IMG/VR virus record: IMGVR_UViG_3300028025_000092
Source of the DNA: a virus
Length of the DNA stretch: 64,000 nt
Direction: 5' to 3' (one strand)
Below are positions 19,965 to 29,649 of this stretch, piece after piece (positions within the stretch are counted from its first letter, which is position 1; every line of letters begins with the position of its first letter). The translations under genes were made by a program, and so were the position numbers. The notes under the pieces are model-generated. The model did not search any database, was not told the DNA's origin, and saw only the letters and a program-made list of their open reading frames with translations.

Positions 19965-21722
19965 ATGCAACTTATCAATCAACATGAAATCTATGATACC
20001 TGGGCACCAATCTTGGAAAGCAAAACAGGTATTCAAGAGAGAGGTAAATTAGACTGGTTAACTAAATACTGTCATTACCACTCATTAAACGAATCTGCCG
20101 GAGCGTATAACTCTTTAGGCGTATTAAACGGTATGGGCCAAGTATCTCCTGCTTCTAACGTAGGTTTAAACGGCGGTCCTGCTGGATTCTATGCAGGCGG
20201 ATCTTATTCTGGAACTGGTCTTGGTTCTGGCGATAAATTCCCTTCTCTTTTACCTTTAGCTATTCAAGTAGCTGCTAAAACAGTAGGTTTTGATATCGTT
20301 CCAGTTATCCCAATGAGCGGTCCTACAGGCGTATTATCATACTTAGACTATGTTTACGCAGGTGGTAAATTATCTGGTACTGACTCTGTATCTCCATACA
20401 CAGCAAACACTCCAGATCTAATCAAAGTTCCAACAACAACAGCTTCTCCTGTTACTGGTTTAACAGTAGGATCTACTTACCTTTTAGGTGCTTCTGGTCT
20501 TTCTTCAACAAAAGATTTAGACTCTGCAGGTGTAGGTGCTTTAGTAGCTGGTAAATTCGTTGGTAACTCAAGAATTGATGGCTTCCCAATTTTCCAAGTA
20601 GTAGCAATCACAACTGGTTTCTCAATTGCTGCAGCTATCGACGCAGACGCAGTTATCTACTCTGGTTCATTCGTAACCTCAACAAACGTTTACACAATCT
20701 CTGCTACAGTAGGTTATGCAAATGGTGCTGCTCAATTAGTTAAAACTTTAGAAGATCACGTACAAGGATTTACTGGTCTTGGAACTGCTAACGACGGTAC
20801 ATGGTCTGGTCCTTATGTAGACGGTACTAAAGCTTACGATCCAATGTCAAGAGGAACTGCTGAAAGCACTTACTTCAAATCATTAGGTCTTTCTACATTT
20901 ACTAAATTTGTAGAAGCTGGTACTTTCCAAGTTGCTGCTTCTGTTACAACTGAGCAAATCCAAGATTTAAACAAGCAATTCGGTATCGACGTAGTTTCTA
21001 TGATCGAGAACGCACTTGTTAATGAGGTTTCTCAGTCTATCAACAAGCACATCTTATCTAGAGCATTTGCTTTAGGATGGTCTAACCACTATGAATTTGC
21101 AAACACCGAATTAGGTGGAGCATCTTCTGCTTCTCTAAACATCAACTTAAAAATTGGTGCTGGTGGAGCTTCAACCGCATCTTTCATCGGTAAGGACAAT
21201 GGATCTTTAACAATCTATACTCCTGGCGATATCGCTACAGGCGGATACGAGAACCAATCAACTGTACAAAGAAGATTATTCTCAAGAATCTTGGCTGCTG
21301 CTAACGTAGTAGCAAACAGAGGAAGAAGAGGACCTGCTAACTTTATTGTTACTAACGCTCAAGTAGCTTCTGCTTTACAAGATATCTCTCAATTCACATT
21401 TGCTCCTTTCACAAACACGTTAACTCAAAATAACGGTACTTTATATCCAGTTGGTTCAATCGCTGGTATGACCGTTTATGTTGATCAAAACATGTCTTTC
21501 GGCGATACGAGAGTATTGGTTGGAAGAAAAGGTGCTGATGACGAACCAGGTATGAAATTTATGCCTTACATGATGGCTGAGTCAATTCAGACTATCTCTG
21601 AAGGTACAATGTCACCTAAAATTGCAGTTAAGTCTAGATACTCTTTAGTAGAGGCTGGACATCATCCTCAAACGATGTACTTATGCTTTAAAGCTATAGT
21701 GCCTGCAACTGGTATCGCTTAA
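19965..21722 (+). CDS. Major capsid protein (T4 gp23-like)
   Basis: VIPMSGPTGVL, EQIQDL..GID, NEVSQSINK, RRGPANF, PYMM and PKIAVKSRY; strongly biased codon usage. Confidence 0.95.
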   Translation: MQLINQHEIYDTWAPILESKTGIQERGKLDWLTKYCHYHSLNESAGAYNSLGVLNGMGQVSPASNVGLNGGPAGFYAGGSYSGTGLGSGDKFPSLLPLAIQVAAKTVGFDIVPVIPMSGPTGVLSYLDYVYAGGKLSGTDSVSPYTANTPDLIKVPTTTASPVTGLTVGSTYLLGASGLSSTKDLDSAGVGALVAGKFVGNSRIDGFPIFQVVAITTGFSIAAAIDADAVIYSGSFVTSTNVYTISATVGYANGAAQLVKTLEDHVQGFTGLGTANDGTWSGPYVDGTKAYDPMSRGTAESTYFKSLGLSTFTKFVEAGTFQVAASVTTEQIQDLNKQFGIDVVSMIENALVNEVSQSINKHILSRAFALGWSNHYEFANTELGGASSASLNINLKIGAGGASTASFIGKDNGSLTIYTPGDIATGGYENQSTVQRRLFSRILAAANVVANRGRRGPANFIVTNAQVASALQDISQFTFAPFTNTLTQNNGTLYPVGSIAGMTVYVDQNMSFGDTRVLVGRKGADDEPGMKFMPYMMAESIQTISEGTMSPKIAVKSRYSLVEAGHHPQTMYLCFKAIVPATGIA

Positions 21723-21745
21723 TCTTAATTAAGTTAACCTTTAAT

Positions 21746-21777
21746 AAAAAGCCTCTGAGAAATCAGGGGCTTTTTTT
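21746..21777 (+). terminator. Rho-independent terminator after the major capsid gene
   Basis: GCCTCTGA-GAAA-TCAGGGGC hairpin followed by T7, with an A-tract upstream. Confidence 0.9.
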
Positions 21778-21800
21778 ATTGTCTTTTATTATGGATGTGG

Positions 21801-21808
21801 GATATATA
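21801..21808 (+). promoter_or_regulatory. Putative late promoter GATATATA
   Basis: Lies immediately after the terminator and 16 nt before the ATG at 21825. Confidence 0.75.
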
Positions 21809-21824
21809 AAGAAAAAGTTGTATC

Positions 21825-22943
21825 ATGAGCATTATTAACGATTTTAGATTCTATAATGATTGTAAGAATTCCCTTTTAGAATCTTTCGGTGATGTTGAAA
21901 TAGCAAAAAACAAATTATCACATAAGGGCTACGAAAATAACGAAGATTTAGAGGAAACCCTAATTGCAATTAAAGAATCATTAGGGGATAAAATTATTAA
22001 CTTCTTTTCAAAGAATCTAGGAGGAGATATTTCTAAGGTATCAAAAATCTTACAGGATATGAAATCCGAAGAAATTAAATTCATTACCGATGAGCACGAA
22101 TCAGAATCTAAGTTTTATAAGCTAAGTGCAGCTTTATCCCAGCTTAAAAAGGACAAAGCAGATTCTAGTGAAGTCACACAATATGCTGATAAGTTAAATA
22201 AGCTAAAGAAGTTTATTAAAGATTTAATGTCATCACATAATTCAATCATGGATGATCTAGAAAAACAAGTTAACATTATTACTAAAAAGAATAATAGAAA
22301 AGCTGACTATTACAATCTTAAAAGAGCGGAGGATTCAGTGGAGACTAAAAAATTAAGAGCTGATTATAAAAAGAAGCTTATTACACAGGCAGAGGATTCT
22401 GAATACCTGGATGATATCCAAAAGATTCTAGGTAATCCTAAAGATGCACAAAAAGATCTAGATGCTGCAAAAGAAGTATTAGCAAAAGAGAAGGATAAAA
22501 TAGGAGCTGCAGGAGAGACATCTTCTTTGGTTAAACCAGATCTTGACGAAAAAAATGAAGATTTTTATAAGGAAATAAGAGCAACAGTTAAGGATATAGA
22601 AGACTATACAAAAAAATCTTTAAGCAAGTTCGAAAATAAGGAAGAAGCTAAAAAGATAAACAGAGGAACCTTTAATATGATGCAAAAAGCATTTGATACA
22701 AAGGTAAGAAGAGCATCCAATGTAATAGAGACATTTAAAAGTAAGATCTCGCAAGTTAACTCAACTTCTGATAATGAAACATCATCTGAGACAAATAAAG
22801 CTATAACCAATCTTTTAAATTTAGAGAGACAGGTAAGTAACCTTAAATATTTCACCTGGCCAGCGTCTGATTTAGAAGTTCAGAAAGAAACGATTCTTGC
22901 TATCATAGGTAAGGTTAATAAACAAATAGAAGTAGCTGCATAG
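21825..22943 (+). CDS. Helical, Lys/Glu-rich putative internal head protein
   Basis: LLES and IKES sites; shares a segment layout with the next ORF (ES/EG..I..F..GD). Confidence 0.55.
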   Translation: MSIINDFRFYNDCKNSLLESFGDVEIAKNKLSHKGYENNEDLEETLIAIKESLGDKIINFFSKNLGGDISKVSKILQDMKSEEIKFITDEHESESKFYKLSAALSQLKKDKADSSEVTQYADKLNKLKKFIKDLMSSHNSIMDDLEKQVNIITKKNNRKADYYNLKRAEDSVETKKLRADYKKKLITQAEDSEYLDDIQKILGNPKDAQKDLDAAKEVLAKEKDKIGAAGETSSLVKPDLDEKNEDFYKEIRATVKDIEDYTKKSLSKFENKEEAKKINRGTFNMMQKAFDTKVRRASNVIETFKSKISQVNSTSDNETSSETNKAITNLLNLERQVSNLKYFTWPASDLEVQKETILAIIGKVNKQIEVAA

Positions 22944-22947
22944 TAGG

Positions 22948-23787
22948 ATGAAAAAGTATTCAGAATTCATAGCAGAAAACGTTAATGAAGGATTTATAAA
23001 AAATCTTATAGGAGGAATTACATCATTTCTAAGAGGTGATAAAAACTCGATTTTGGCCAACATAGAAAAAATGAAGGAGGTTGAAAAAGATTTTATAAAT
23101 AAATCTGATGAACTTAGTTATGATATATTCTATGCAGAAACCAAAAGAGGTCAAACATCAGATATTACCGCTTCTGCTAAACAAAAATCACTAATGAGTA
23201 AAAGAGCATTGGATGCTCTAAGAATATCGAAAGATGGTGAAATGAATCTTCTAGTAAAAACTATTTCTAGAATATGCAAAGATAACCCAAAACTTATAGA
23301 TTTTTATAATCAGGAAAAAGCATCAGCTGATGTTGAAATAGCACAATATGCTTATGAGAAGGCCAAAAAATTCAAAGACTCCCAATATGAGAATGAGTTT
23401 TATGACCAGTGGAAAAATCTAGAGACTTCTGCCAAAAAAATGAAATATGATTCACCAAATCTGGATGATGATACAATAGGGGAGAATAATGGTATGTGGG
23501 ATCTTTCCCTAAGAGAGTTTACGAATCAAATAATGGGTTTACCCAAAGCTGATTTATTAGATCTTGTAGAGGATGGTTCGGATCTAAGATGGAAATTAGC
23601 AGATGATCTAAGAATCAAAGACAGTAGTCTAAAGGAATTCAAAACAAGATCCTACAGGAGCGGAGATATGGCAAGCTATAATTTCACAAAAGAAAAAATT
23701 GCGGAAATAAAAAATAAATACAGGGTAGCCATACAATCTATTGATAATAAAGTGTCAATAATAAAGAGTCGACTTCGGAATATATAA
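22948..23787 (+). CDS. Putative internal head protein with a T4 CTS-like leader
   Basis: Starts MKKYSEFIAE, compared with the T4 capsid targeting sequence MKTYQEFIAE. Confidence 0.65.
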   Translation: MKKYSEFIAENVNEGFIKNLIGGITSFLRGDKNSILANIEKMKEVEKDFINKSDELSYDIFYAETKRGQTSDITASAKQKSLMSKRALDALRISKDGEMNLLVKTISRICKDNPKLIDFYNQEKASADVEIAQYAYEKAKKFKDSQYENEFYDQWKNLETSAKKMKYDSPNLDDDTIGENNGMWDLSLREFTNQIMGLPKADLLDLVEDGSDLRWKLADDLRIKDSSLKEFKTRSYRSGDMASYNFTKEKIAEIKNKYRVAIQSIDNKVSIIKSRLRNI

Positions 23788-23809
23788 AGACATAAAATAA
23801 AAAATAAAG

Positions 23810-26065
23810 ATGCAGAATCCATTATTTGAAAGTTTGATAAGAAAAGTTCAAACCTACGAAAATCCACAGATGTCAGAGCAAACAACACCTCCAAAAGGAA
23901 CAGTATTTTCTGATTTCGTTAAATCCCTTGCACAGATTGGTACAAAATTAGTTGACCAGTATATAGCAGCAATTAAGTCGTACCCTGATACAAAAATTAA
24001 AAAGGAATACGAAAAAGGACTTCCCGATAAATTGGCAGCTATTCTTGCTTCTGTAGATAAAACTAAAACTGTTGGTATTCAGGTAGATTCACTTTTTAAA
24101 GCAGTTAAAGCAGAAGCAACCGCTTTCTTTAAACTAGGAGAGGGTGACACTGAAGTTGTTAAATTTTTAAAGCCTTGGAGAGAATCATTTAGAGCTGGAT
24201 TTAATGCTTATCAACAAGCAGTAAATTCTGCAATGGAATATGTTAAAAAACAGGAAGATGCAAATACCGCAAAAATGTCAGATGCTGAATATGAAATGAT
24301 ATCAAAAGCAGTGAGTGCTTCTATTGACGGGTATAATAAATCAACAAAGGTAGAATCAACACTAAAGGATGATTGGGGAAGTAATGAAAGTTATTCATAT
24401 AAAAGTGCTTCTATGGAGATGAACGAGTCTAGTCCAGTATTAGATCAATTAATTTCAAATAAGATTTGTGTTGATTTTAACACATACAACAAGATAATTA
24501 ATGAAGCCAAAGAAGATAGAGTAGCAAGAAGAGCAGCAAAAGCATCCAGAATAAACGGAGAAAATTTAGGTGCTCAGATTGATGCTGTACTTTCTGTAAT
24601 TGGTTCAAGATTATCTGATCCAGCTAAAGCTAAGTTTAAATCATTAGCTATGAAAGATCAGTTTATGTCAATAGCTACCAACCTATCTCAAATTCAAACT
24701 GAATTGGCAATTGATGATAAAGAATTAAAGAATGTTAATTTTGGTGAGATTGATAAACAAATATCAAACTTAGAAACACTGTTTGCTGATAAGAAGAAAG
24801 CTTTCGATGAGGCGTATGCTGGCGAAGAGAAAAATTCAAGAAGCTTTAAGACTCTAGAGGTAGCAACACCAGAGGTAACTAAATTTCTTTCAGATGGGGA
24901 CGTTCAGTTTGGTCAACTTTCTATTCTTGCACAAAAAGCAGCTAATCTGGCAGCAGAAGAAGCTAAGAAGCCAAAACCTGCTACAGGCGGAACGGGCGGA
25001 ACAGGAGCAACTGGGGGAACGGGAGCTACAGGAGCAGCACCAGGAGTAATTAAACTTACCTCCTCACTTAAAAGAGGTGCTAAGGGGGATCAAGTTAAGG
25101 CAGTTCAGGAATTGATCATAAAAAAAATGGGTACTAAATTAAAAGATGTACCTCAGTATAAGAAGTTTGCTGGATATGGAGCAGATGGTAAATTTGGCGG
25201 ATCTACAGAGTCGTTAATACCAGCATTAAAATCAGGTCTTGGTCTAACCGACACATCATCAGAGATCACACAGGAGTTAGTTGATAAATTAGCAGCAGTT
25301 AAAGAATCTTTTGTTTTTGAGCAGGAGTTTAATATGGATGCTTTTAATAAAACAATCAGCGGTGGAGGTGGATCATCTTCAGCATCATCAGGATCTGGGG
25401 AAGGAAAAAAACCGGGTGCTTTTAATTGTATTAGAACTGCAGATAACACAACTAAAATCTCAGGGGGTAAAGCAATAATAGAAAGATCAAACAAAAACAA
25501 GCACACTTTTAATGCTGATGGAACTTATTCTTATTTCTCCGCAGGAAAAAACGAAACAATGAAAGGAACATGGAAATGTACCCCGGAGGGATTTGAGGCT
25601 TATACGGATTCCGATAAGGACACGTTCTACGGAAGACCTGGGGTAATGGATTGGAAAAGTAACATGGACAATGCCGAGAAAGCAAAAATGGATGCAGCAA
25701 CTAAGGCAGCTGCAGATCTTCAGGTTAAGGCAGGTGAGATATGTAAAAAGATTATAGTTAAGATGTCAGGAACAAAGGAAAGGGAAGAAGAAGCTGCTGC
25801 GATATTTAGAGATGAAGTGACAACGGTGGAAATGTTTAAAGCTGTTGAGACCTTTTGGAATAATAAATGGTGGCCTTCCCAAGTACAGTTACAAAGTAGT
25901 CCACTCTATTTTGAGAAAAAATCAGTGGACGAAATAACAAAGATTATGGACTATAAAGCTGGAAAGAAGGGATTTAGTTTGAGATATTTAATTGAATTTT
26001 TCTTCGATACTGACCAAATAGCCTTGCTAAATGGGTATCTTCCAGCAGGTGTGAAGAAGTTCTAA
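23810..26065 (+). CDS. Large putative virion protein with a peptidoglycan-binding (PG_binding_1-like) domain
   Basis: LKRGAKGDQVKAVQ..GADGKFGGSTE; GGTGGTGATG linker; NPLFESL leader; GAATATATA at 23778-23786. Confidence 0.6.
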   Translation: MQNPLFESLIRKVQTYENPQMSEQTTPPKGTVFSDFVKSLAQIGTKLVDQYIAAIKSYPDTKIKKEYEKGLPDKLAAILASVDKTKTVGIQVDSLFKAVKAEATAFFKLGEGDTEVVKFLKPWRESFRAGFNAYQQAVNSAMEYVKKQEDANTAKMSDAEYEMISKAVSASIDGYNKSTKVESTLKDDWGSNESYSYKSASMEMNESSPVLDQLISNKICVDFNTYNKIINEAKEDRVARRAAKASRINGENLGAQIDAVLSVIGSRLSDPAKAKFKSLAMKDQFMSIATNLSQIQTELAIDDKELKNVNFGEIDKQISNLETLFADKKKAFDEAYAGEEKNSRSFKTLEVATPEVTKFLSDGDVQFGQLSILAQKAANLAAEEAKKPKPATGGTGGTGATGGTGATGAAPGVIKLTSSLKRGAKGDQVKAVQELIIKKMGTKLKDVPQYKKFAGYGADGKFGGSTESLIPALKSGLGLTDTSSEITQELVDKLAAVKESFVFEQEFNMDAFNKTISGGGGSSSASSGSGEGKKPGAFNCIRTADNTTKISGGKAIIERSNKNKHTFNADGTYSYFSAGKNETMKGTWKCTPEGFEAYTDSDKDTFYGRPGVMDWKSNMDNAEKAKMDAATKAAADLQVKAGEICKKIIVKMSGTKEREEEAAAIFRDEVTTVEMFKAVETFWNNKWWPSQVQLQSSPLYFEKKSVDEITKIMDYKAGKKGFSLRYLIEFFFDTDQIALLNGYLPAGVKKF

Positions 26066-26100
26066 TTCTGTACACATTTTAATAAATCCGAAATTTTTAG

Positions 26101-26108
26101 TACATTTG
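26101..26108 (+). promoter_or_regulatory. Bacteroidota-type -7 promoter element
   Basis: TACATTTG lies 21 nt before the ATG at 26130. Confidence 0.6.
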
Positions 26109-26129
26109 GGGATATAAAATATAAATTTT

Positions 26130-26669
26130 ATGTCCCTTTTTGTTATAGAAGGAGCTAGAAAATCTGGTAAAACACATTTCGTTAGTTCCCAAAACTGGAT
26201 TCCAGTATTTAAATTTGATTTCAATGGTGTTTATACATCATTAAATCTACCCCCCACTGGTGATAAAACACATCACATAGGTTTAGGTAAGGAACTAATG
26301 GTTCAACAGCTAAATAGGGATGGGTTTCTACCAGACCTAATGATGGATCGGGGGGTATTAACAAATTCGGTTTGGGGCATTCTAAATAAAAGGGTAACTA
26401 AAAAATCGGTTTACAAAGAACTTGATTATATGTTAGGCAACGGTCTTTTTAAAAATACATTTTTTTTCCTCGTAACTGGTACGCATCCAGAGAAAAGAGA
26501 AAAAGATGTGTGGGATGATATGGATGAAAGGATACCAGAAGAAAGTGCTCTCTTTATTGAATTTACCCAGCATCTTATAGATGGTGGTGTAAATATACAA
26601 ATCATAGAAAATAAGTTTGACGCAGAATCCCTATCAAATTTTCAAACCATAATTAAGAATTTAAAATAA
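26130..26669 (+). CDS. P-loop dNMP/thymidylate-kinase-like protein
   Basis: IEGARKSGKT and MMDRG. Confidence 0.65.
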   Translation: MSLFVIEGARKSGKTHFVSSQNWIPVFKFDFNGVYTSLNLPPTGDKTHHIGLGKELMVQQLNRDGFLPDLMMDRGVLTNSVWGILNKRVTKKSVYKELDYMLGNGLFKNTFFFLVTGTHPEKREKDVWDDMDERIPEESALFIEFTQHLIDGGVNIQIIENKFDAESLSNFQTIIKNLK

Positions 26670-28093
26670 TGTGCGGAATACTAATTGCCAATAATCCCTC
26701 CGAGGAAAGAATAAACTCCATTGCACACAGGGGTATAGAATACTCAACACATTCTGATGAATCTGGTTTAACCCTTGTACACCACAGATTGCCTATCCAG
26801 ACAGCAATTGGTGATAAGTGGATACAGCCTATAGAGGTATCAAAAGATCGATATCTTTTATTTAATGGGGAGATTTTTAATTATCCCCTTGGATTTAGCT
26901 CAGATACTGAGTATTTAGTGAGTCTTTTTTCAACCTTTGACTTTTCATCACTTGAGATGTTTAGCGCTATCTACGAGCCTTATATTAAGTCTTGGGATGG
27001 ATTCTGGGCTATCTGTCTGGTTGACATGTCAAAAAAAGATGTATTCTGCTTTACCGATCCTCTAGGAAAGAAATGCCTATATTATAATGAAATGGGAGAG
27101 ATATGCTCTGAGATGAAAGGATTGATTACGGGGAACTCTTTTATAGATAACGGTTTTATGGGAGGGGTAAGAAAATGGGGATACATTCCTAACGAATCTA
27201 CCCCGTTTACTGATATCAAAAAAATAAAACCAAACACCTTTTATAAGTGGAATTTCTCCTCCCCGTCTTTCAAACAGGAGTACGGTCCTTATTTCGCATT
27301 TAAACCATCCAAATTTGCATTTGAATCCGAAGACATATTATTGGATTGGGTATGGGAAAAAACTGAAGCAGCGACAAGAAATAGACTGTTAAGCTTAGAT
27401 TATCCTATATCTATTCTACTGTCCGGAGGATTAGACTCTTCTATCATAGGTGGACTCCTATTAAAACTGGGGGCTGATGTTAGCTGGTATACCATAAATA
27501 ATGGGCCAGATAATGATTATGTTAAAGAATGTGAGTCTTATTGGGGAATCAAGGTAAATCGATTGGATTATACCATGAATGAGGATTCAATGAATTTACC
27601 AGATCTTTATTTTAAGTGGAACGAAAGCCCGGTAGATCTGGGAAGTGTTATTCCACAGTACCTCCTATTTGATGCAATTAAAAAAGGGACTGATACACGT
27701 ATAGTATTATCGGGTGACGGGGCAGACGAAATGTTTGGAGGATATAGAAGAATTAACGAGTATGATTCACAGGCATCTGATGTTTTTCATGAATTAACTT
27801 ATTACCACCTTCCTAGACTCGATAAAATGAGTATGGCTCATACTTTAGAACTTAGAAATCCATTTTTAAATCTAGAACTTATGCAATTAGCTTTGGCTCT
27901 TCCGTTTGAAATGAGAAAGAATAAAACCATACTTAAGAAAGCATTTAAGGGTTTAGTTCCGGATTCGGTCATAGAAAGAAAAAAGCATCCTCTTAAGAAC
28001 GAAAAAATAGCAAAAGACCCTATGGAATATAGGATAGAATCTTTAAAATATTTCGAAGAAGGATTTAATCAATACAAGGAAGGTCTAAAATAG
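26669..28093 (+). CDS. asnB: Asparagine synthetase (glutamine-hydrolysing)-like amidotransferase
   Basis: N-terminal MCGI (Ntn Cys), HRG, FNGEIFN, LLSGGLDSS, SGDGADEMFGGY and LELRNPFL. Confidence 0.9.
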   Translation: MCGILIANNPSEERINSIAHRGIEYSTHSDESGLTLVHHRLPIQTAIGDKWIQPIEVSKDRYLLFNGEIFNYPLGFSSDTEYLVSLFSTFDFSSLEMFSAIYEPYIKSWDGFWAICLVDMSKKDVFCFTDPLGKKCLYYNEMGEICSEMKGLITGNSFIDNGFMGGVRKWGYIPNESTPFTDIKKIKPNTFYKWNFSSPSFKQEYGPYFAFKPSKFAFESEDILLDWVWEKTEAATRNRLLSLDYPISILLSGGLDSSIIGGLLLKLGADVSWYTINNGPDNDYVKECESYWGIKVNRLDYTMNEDSMNLPDLYFKWNESPVDLGSVIPQYLLFDAIKKGTDTRIVLSGDGADEMFGGYRRINEYDSQASDVFHELTYYHLPRLDKMSMAHTLELRNPFLNLELMQLALALPFEMRKNKTILKKAFKGLVPDSVIERKKHPLKNEKIAKDPMEYRIESLKYFEEGFNQYKEGLK

Positions 28094-29569
28094 ATAGATT
28101 CCACCTAGAGCATTTCCTTTTGATTTAAGCGGGGAGTAATCAGATGGCTCTTTCGTTAAGATAAACGTCTTGCTTGAGTCTACTACAAGACCTGCCATTT
28201 CCATTAAAGCTCTATTAATTAAAATCGGAGTACTTTTGTTTATTCTATCAACAAGAGAGAATTTAACTTTTTTATACACCATTTCTCCAAATTCTATATC
28301 TAGAAGAATAACTGGTCTTTTGTCGGTTTGATCCCCTACCTCTGCATAGGAGTATTCTATAATTCTGTTACTATAGCTTTTACCCCCTATTGTCCAGTTT
28401 AAAAATCCATCAGCTTCTTCTGAAAAATCAGCATGCAGAGAGCATGCTAAAGCTCCGTTTCCAGTGTCAAGTTTACCTACGAAATTTCCTATTCCTTTAA
28501 CCTCGAACATTTCTCTAAATCCTACCATTTTTCTCGGGTAGTTCCAGTTTTTCTTGTTTAAAATAAAATCTAGTATAATTCCCGTTACATCTAATCCAGT
28601 TGCCGTTTCTATACCATCAGTACCCGGTGAAGCATTAACTTCTAATACGTATGGTTGACCTGTATTTTTTTCTAATATAACATCAACCCCACACCATGAA
28701 CATTCTGTAGCTTTTGCAGCTTCTATCGCTATGTTTTCAATTTCTTCTGGTATTTCGACGGATTCTGCTTGACCGCCGAGAGAAACGTTTGTTCTAAAAT
28801 CATTCTCTATTCTATTTCTTCTCATAGAGGCTATGATTGTATAATTATCGCCGTTATATGAGTTTTTAGTTCCAACCACATGAATTCTTAAGTCGTAGTC
28901 TGCTTCTATTTTTTCTTGTAAAATTAGCTCAGTCTGTGGGGAAAGCTTCCATATTGTTTGTAGTGTGGAAAGCAAAGATGCTATGGAATCTACCTGGAAA
29001 ACACCTATTCCCTTTGTACCACTTAGTAATTTTACTACAATAGGAAATATTCCTCCGACTTTCTTTACTGCATTTTCTATATCCTCCTCAGATGATACTA
29101 AAGCTGTTTTTGGTGTTGATATCCCCTTCTCTTGTAGTTTTTGTACTGTATCAAGTTTATCCTCACAAAGAAGAACGGATTTTAAAGAATTAACGGAAAC
29201 GAACCCAAGGGATTCTAGTTTTTCAAAGAATTTAACTGCACCCGTAGAATTAATAGAAGATCTTCTAGCCAATACGACAGTATTTCTAACGTCTATTTCA
29301 TATTTATTTTGGCTTCCCTTGTTTCTGATAAAAAAACTACCAGTCTCTGTTCTTTCTATTTCACCATGCGAGGTATTAATTATAATACACTTAAATCCTA
29401 ATGAAGAGGATTTTTGCATCATTTTTTTAACCGTTGGAGCCAAAGAATTTTTTTTTGATTCTAACTCAGTTGTTAGAATAACCAGAGAGACCGGTTTCTT
29501 GCTTGGAGCAGGAACCTTGTTAGCCCCATGGAAAATAAAATCGTCCTCGTTTTCTGTTAAATAGTGCAT
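28085..29569 (-). CDS. rimK: RimK-family ATP-grasp ligase fused to a C-terminal RimB-like retropepsin-fold protease
   Basis: DKL, PIVVKLLSGTKGIGV, LQEKI, DLRIHV, FRTNVSLGG, GVDVI and LEVNASPG; C-terminal KLDTGN..SLHA..RPVI..FSLVDR..ILINR. Confidence 0.88.
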   Translation of the reverse strand: MHYLTENEDDFIFHGANKVPAPSKKPVSLVILTTELESKKNSLAPTVKKMMQKSSSLGFKCIIINTSHGEIERTETGSFFIRNKGSQNKYEIDVRNTVVLARRSSINSTGAVKFFEKLESLGFVSVNSLKSVLLCEDKLDTVQKLQEKGISTPKTALVSSEEDIENAVKKVGGIFPIVVKLLSGTKGIGVFQVDSIASLLSTLQTIWKLSPQTELILQEKIEADYDLRIHVVGTKNSYNGDNYTIIASMRRNRIENDFRTNVSLGGQAESVEIPEEIENIAIEAAKATECSWCGVDVILEKNTGQPYVLEVNASPGTDGIETATGLDVTGIILDFILNKKNWNYPRKMVGFREMFEVKGIGNFVGKLDTGNGALACSLHADFSEEADGFLNWTIGGKSYSNRIIEYSYAEVGDQTDKRPVILLDIEFGEMVYKKVKFSLVDRINKSTPILINRALMEMAGLVVDSSKTFILTKEPSDYSPLKSKGNALGGIYLF

Positions 29570-29586
29570 CTAAATCTTAATTGATC

Positions 29587-29594
29587 TATATATC
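29587..29594 (-). promoter_or_regulatory. Putative late promoter GATATATA (minus strand) for the RimK fusion
   Basis: TATATATC on the + strand, 17 nt from the start codon. Confidence 0.7.
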
Positions 29595-29604
29595 CTTGGG
29601 AAAC

Positions 29605-29629
29605 AAAAAAGGGATCCTAAGATCCCTTT
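29605..29629 (-). terminator. Rho-independent terminator after the acidic-protein gene
   Basis: Minus strand reads AAAGGGATC-TTAG-GATCCC followed by T6. Confidence 0.8.
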
Positions 29630-29649
29630 GTATTGCTATTATTTATTTA

